In this document: one piece after another, positions 62,011 through 64,000 of the stretch
How the letters are laid out: each line of letters starts with the position of its first letter
Position numbering within the stretch: the stretch's first letter is position 1
NCBI RefSeq assembly: GCF_035594765.1
Contig: NC_085843.1
Coordinates: forward strand, 135,695,971-135,759,970
DNA from: Anolis carolinensis
Lineage: Eukaryota
DNA length: 64,000 nt
Direction of reading: 5' to 3'
Translations under genes and position numbers: made by a program
The notes under the pieces: model-generated
The model's database searches: none
What the model saw: the letters and a program-made list of their open reading frames with translations, nothing else
Told to the model about the DNA's origin: nothing

Positions 62011-64000
62011 GTTGGCTCTAAATGTAGTGGTGGATTACAAAGTGGTTATGAATTCATAAGGAGGAATGCCGTTGATAACCTACTTGGGAGAAAAGTAACA
62101 ATGAAAAATATTTCCCAATGGAAAAAAATTATCTCAGAAATTACTTTAATATCTAACTTTTTTTCTTTCCTTTTTCCAAACGCATTTTATTTTGCAGACT
62201 TCTTCAAGTCTAATAATGACTCCTGGGAACTTGATTTTTAAAGTAAAATAAGATTTCTTAGCATTAAAGCAGCATGACAATTATGTGTTTTGATTACTCA
62301 GGATGGAGACTGTGTGGCCCTCTTATTATACTGATACATAACTTCTGAAGTCCTCCATAGTTTATGGTGAGGGGTGACATGAGAGCTGTAGACCCAAAAT
62401 AAAAAACATGAAACTATTTCAAATATGCTCAATAGCATAGGAAAATTCAAGAAAAAGACTCTTCAATTCGTTTAAGCATTTTATTACAGTGCATGGCCCT
62501 ATCTATCATGTATTCAAGAGCACATATATAAATAAAATCCATGATCAGATATGTTTTGTTCTCTTATTTTATTTTCTTGGTTTCACCACTGTAATATTGT
62601 GTCTTAAGTCAAGATAAAAAATATCCCCAAAATAAACAGATACTGAGAAACTAAAGCTTAATACTGGTGAATCTCAAAAAATATCTTGTCTGTCAGCATC
62701 TCCTGCATGAATACAAATGTAGCCTATTTACTGACACATCAGATAAAATAATCCCATCTCACAGAGGGGAAAATGAAATTGGGAAATTGGAAAGATCCAA
62801 GATAGGGACGGTATAATAGGGTGCCCAATTTCAGGCAGCAGTGTATTCATTTTGTGAAACATGCCTACACAATGTAATATTGTTGCATGCATCATGGGGC
62901 TAGGTTCCCATGCTGGGACCAATAATGTTAAAGTTAAACAGTATAGCCATGAACAGCATAATAATTTATATATTTTGTTCAAGTAACTAAGAACTCGGCA
63001 AAGGTGCATACACATGTGTCTTTTACTTAAAGAGACAAGAAATGCTGAAGAACATACTGAAAGGTGGGTCAAAAATGAGTCTTAGTTTACACCTACACAG
63101 TTTTATCAGTTTGTGTCATTATTTTGGATGTTAGAACAACAGGCAGTTTTCTTCTTCAACCTTGAATCCATTCACAGCTGCAGTCCCCCCCCCCCCCCCG
63201 AGTTATTATCAGATGAATTGCTTCTTTGGCACTCTCAGCTGTTTAATAAGTATGAGTTCCCAGAAGAACATTTACAAGTTAAAGGGGAAGAAATACTGTT
63301 CTGCATATTAGATGATGAATGCCTAGCACAGCTTTAGACACCCAGCTATAAAAATCTATAACAGATTGTAACCCTACATCCAATTTGTATATGTCAAGAT
63401 AAATAAATAGTAAAGTACACCCTGGAAGAATATTACTATCACTGCTGCAATCTAACCTGTATGTGAATTTTGATCCAATTAGATCCACAGAATTGTGAGA
63501 TGCCATTGCAAAAGTATGCCTTTGGATATAGTTCTCTGGTAAGGGCTCAGTAAATCATATGCATTTTTGCTCCAAAGTATTCCACACCTGGGAGGGATAG
63601 GAGACAAGTAATTTGCTGGAACATATGTTGTTATTAGGACATACTAGCTCCTGAGATGGAAGCAGATAAGAGGTCAATGGAGTGAATTGTTACTGATCCC
63701 TGAGGAGAAGTTTGCGGTGACGGTTAGGGTTGTGCCCAGATCTGATTTTTAAAAATGGTCTTCAGCTTATTTGGCTTATTTGGTTGGTTGCCTGTAACGA
63801 TAAGGGTTTTGCGGTCATCTTTTTTTTCATCCAAAATAGACCATGCGGCTGCCAGTCGTGGCTACTTTCGGTTTCTATTCAGGAACTCATGGAACATGGA
63901 GAGGTTGCTGCATCCTTGCGCCAGGCTTTCCTATGAGCTTTGCCTGTTGCGCCAATCAGAATAGAAGGAAGTCGTTATGTGTCTAACCCAAGCTGATTCT

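Noticed and set aside
63680-64000. CpG-enriched segment at the window end
   Set aside because: Only short ORFs and no identifiable motif; it is truncated by the window, so it cannot be classified.

Overview
AT-rich vertebrate non-coding DNA, most likely squamate and probably Anolis-like. This is inferred from the repeat complement: CR1 with an (ATTCTATG)n tail, young L2, Penelope, tRNA SINEs, and hAT, Tc1-mariner and Harbinger MITEs. I find no supportable host protein-coding exon, so the window looks like a gene desert or large intron. It holds a ~4.7 kb near-intact L2 LINE (APE endonuclease plus RT, one frameshift, 149-bp 5' monomers), two young CR1 3' ends and an L1 3' end with a twin-priming inversion. 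It also holds Penelope fragments with decayed hammerhead-ribozyme cores, a fossil rosa/DD41D-like mariner, several non-autonomous hAT elements with 8-bp TSDs and many nested insertions. The most striking observation concerns three diverged ~0.9 kb solo LTRs (38969-39859, 44160-45025, 55534-56458). Each carries a ~90-110 codon reading frame starting at the LTR edge, with an acidic E-[DN]-x-G-F motif and an ungapped basic C-terminal block ending in an RRSxRL-like motif. This suggests a selectively maintained LTR(U3)-encoded peptide, possibly chromatin-tethering. All family names come from motif recognition, not database searches.
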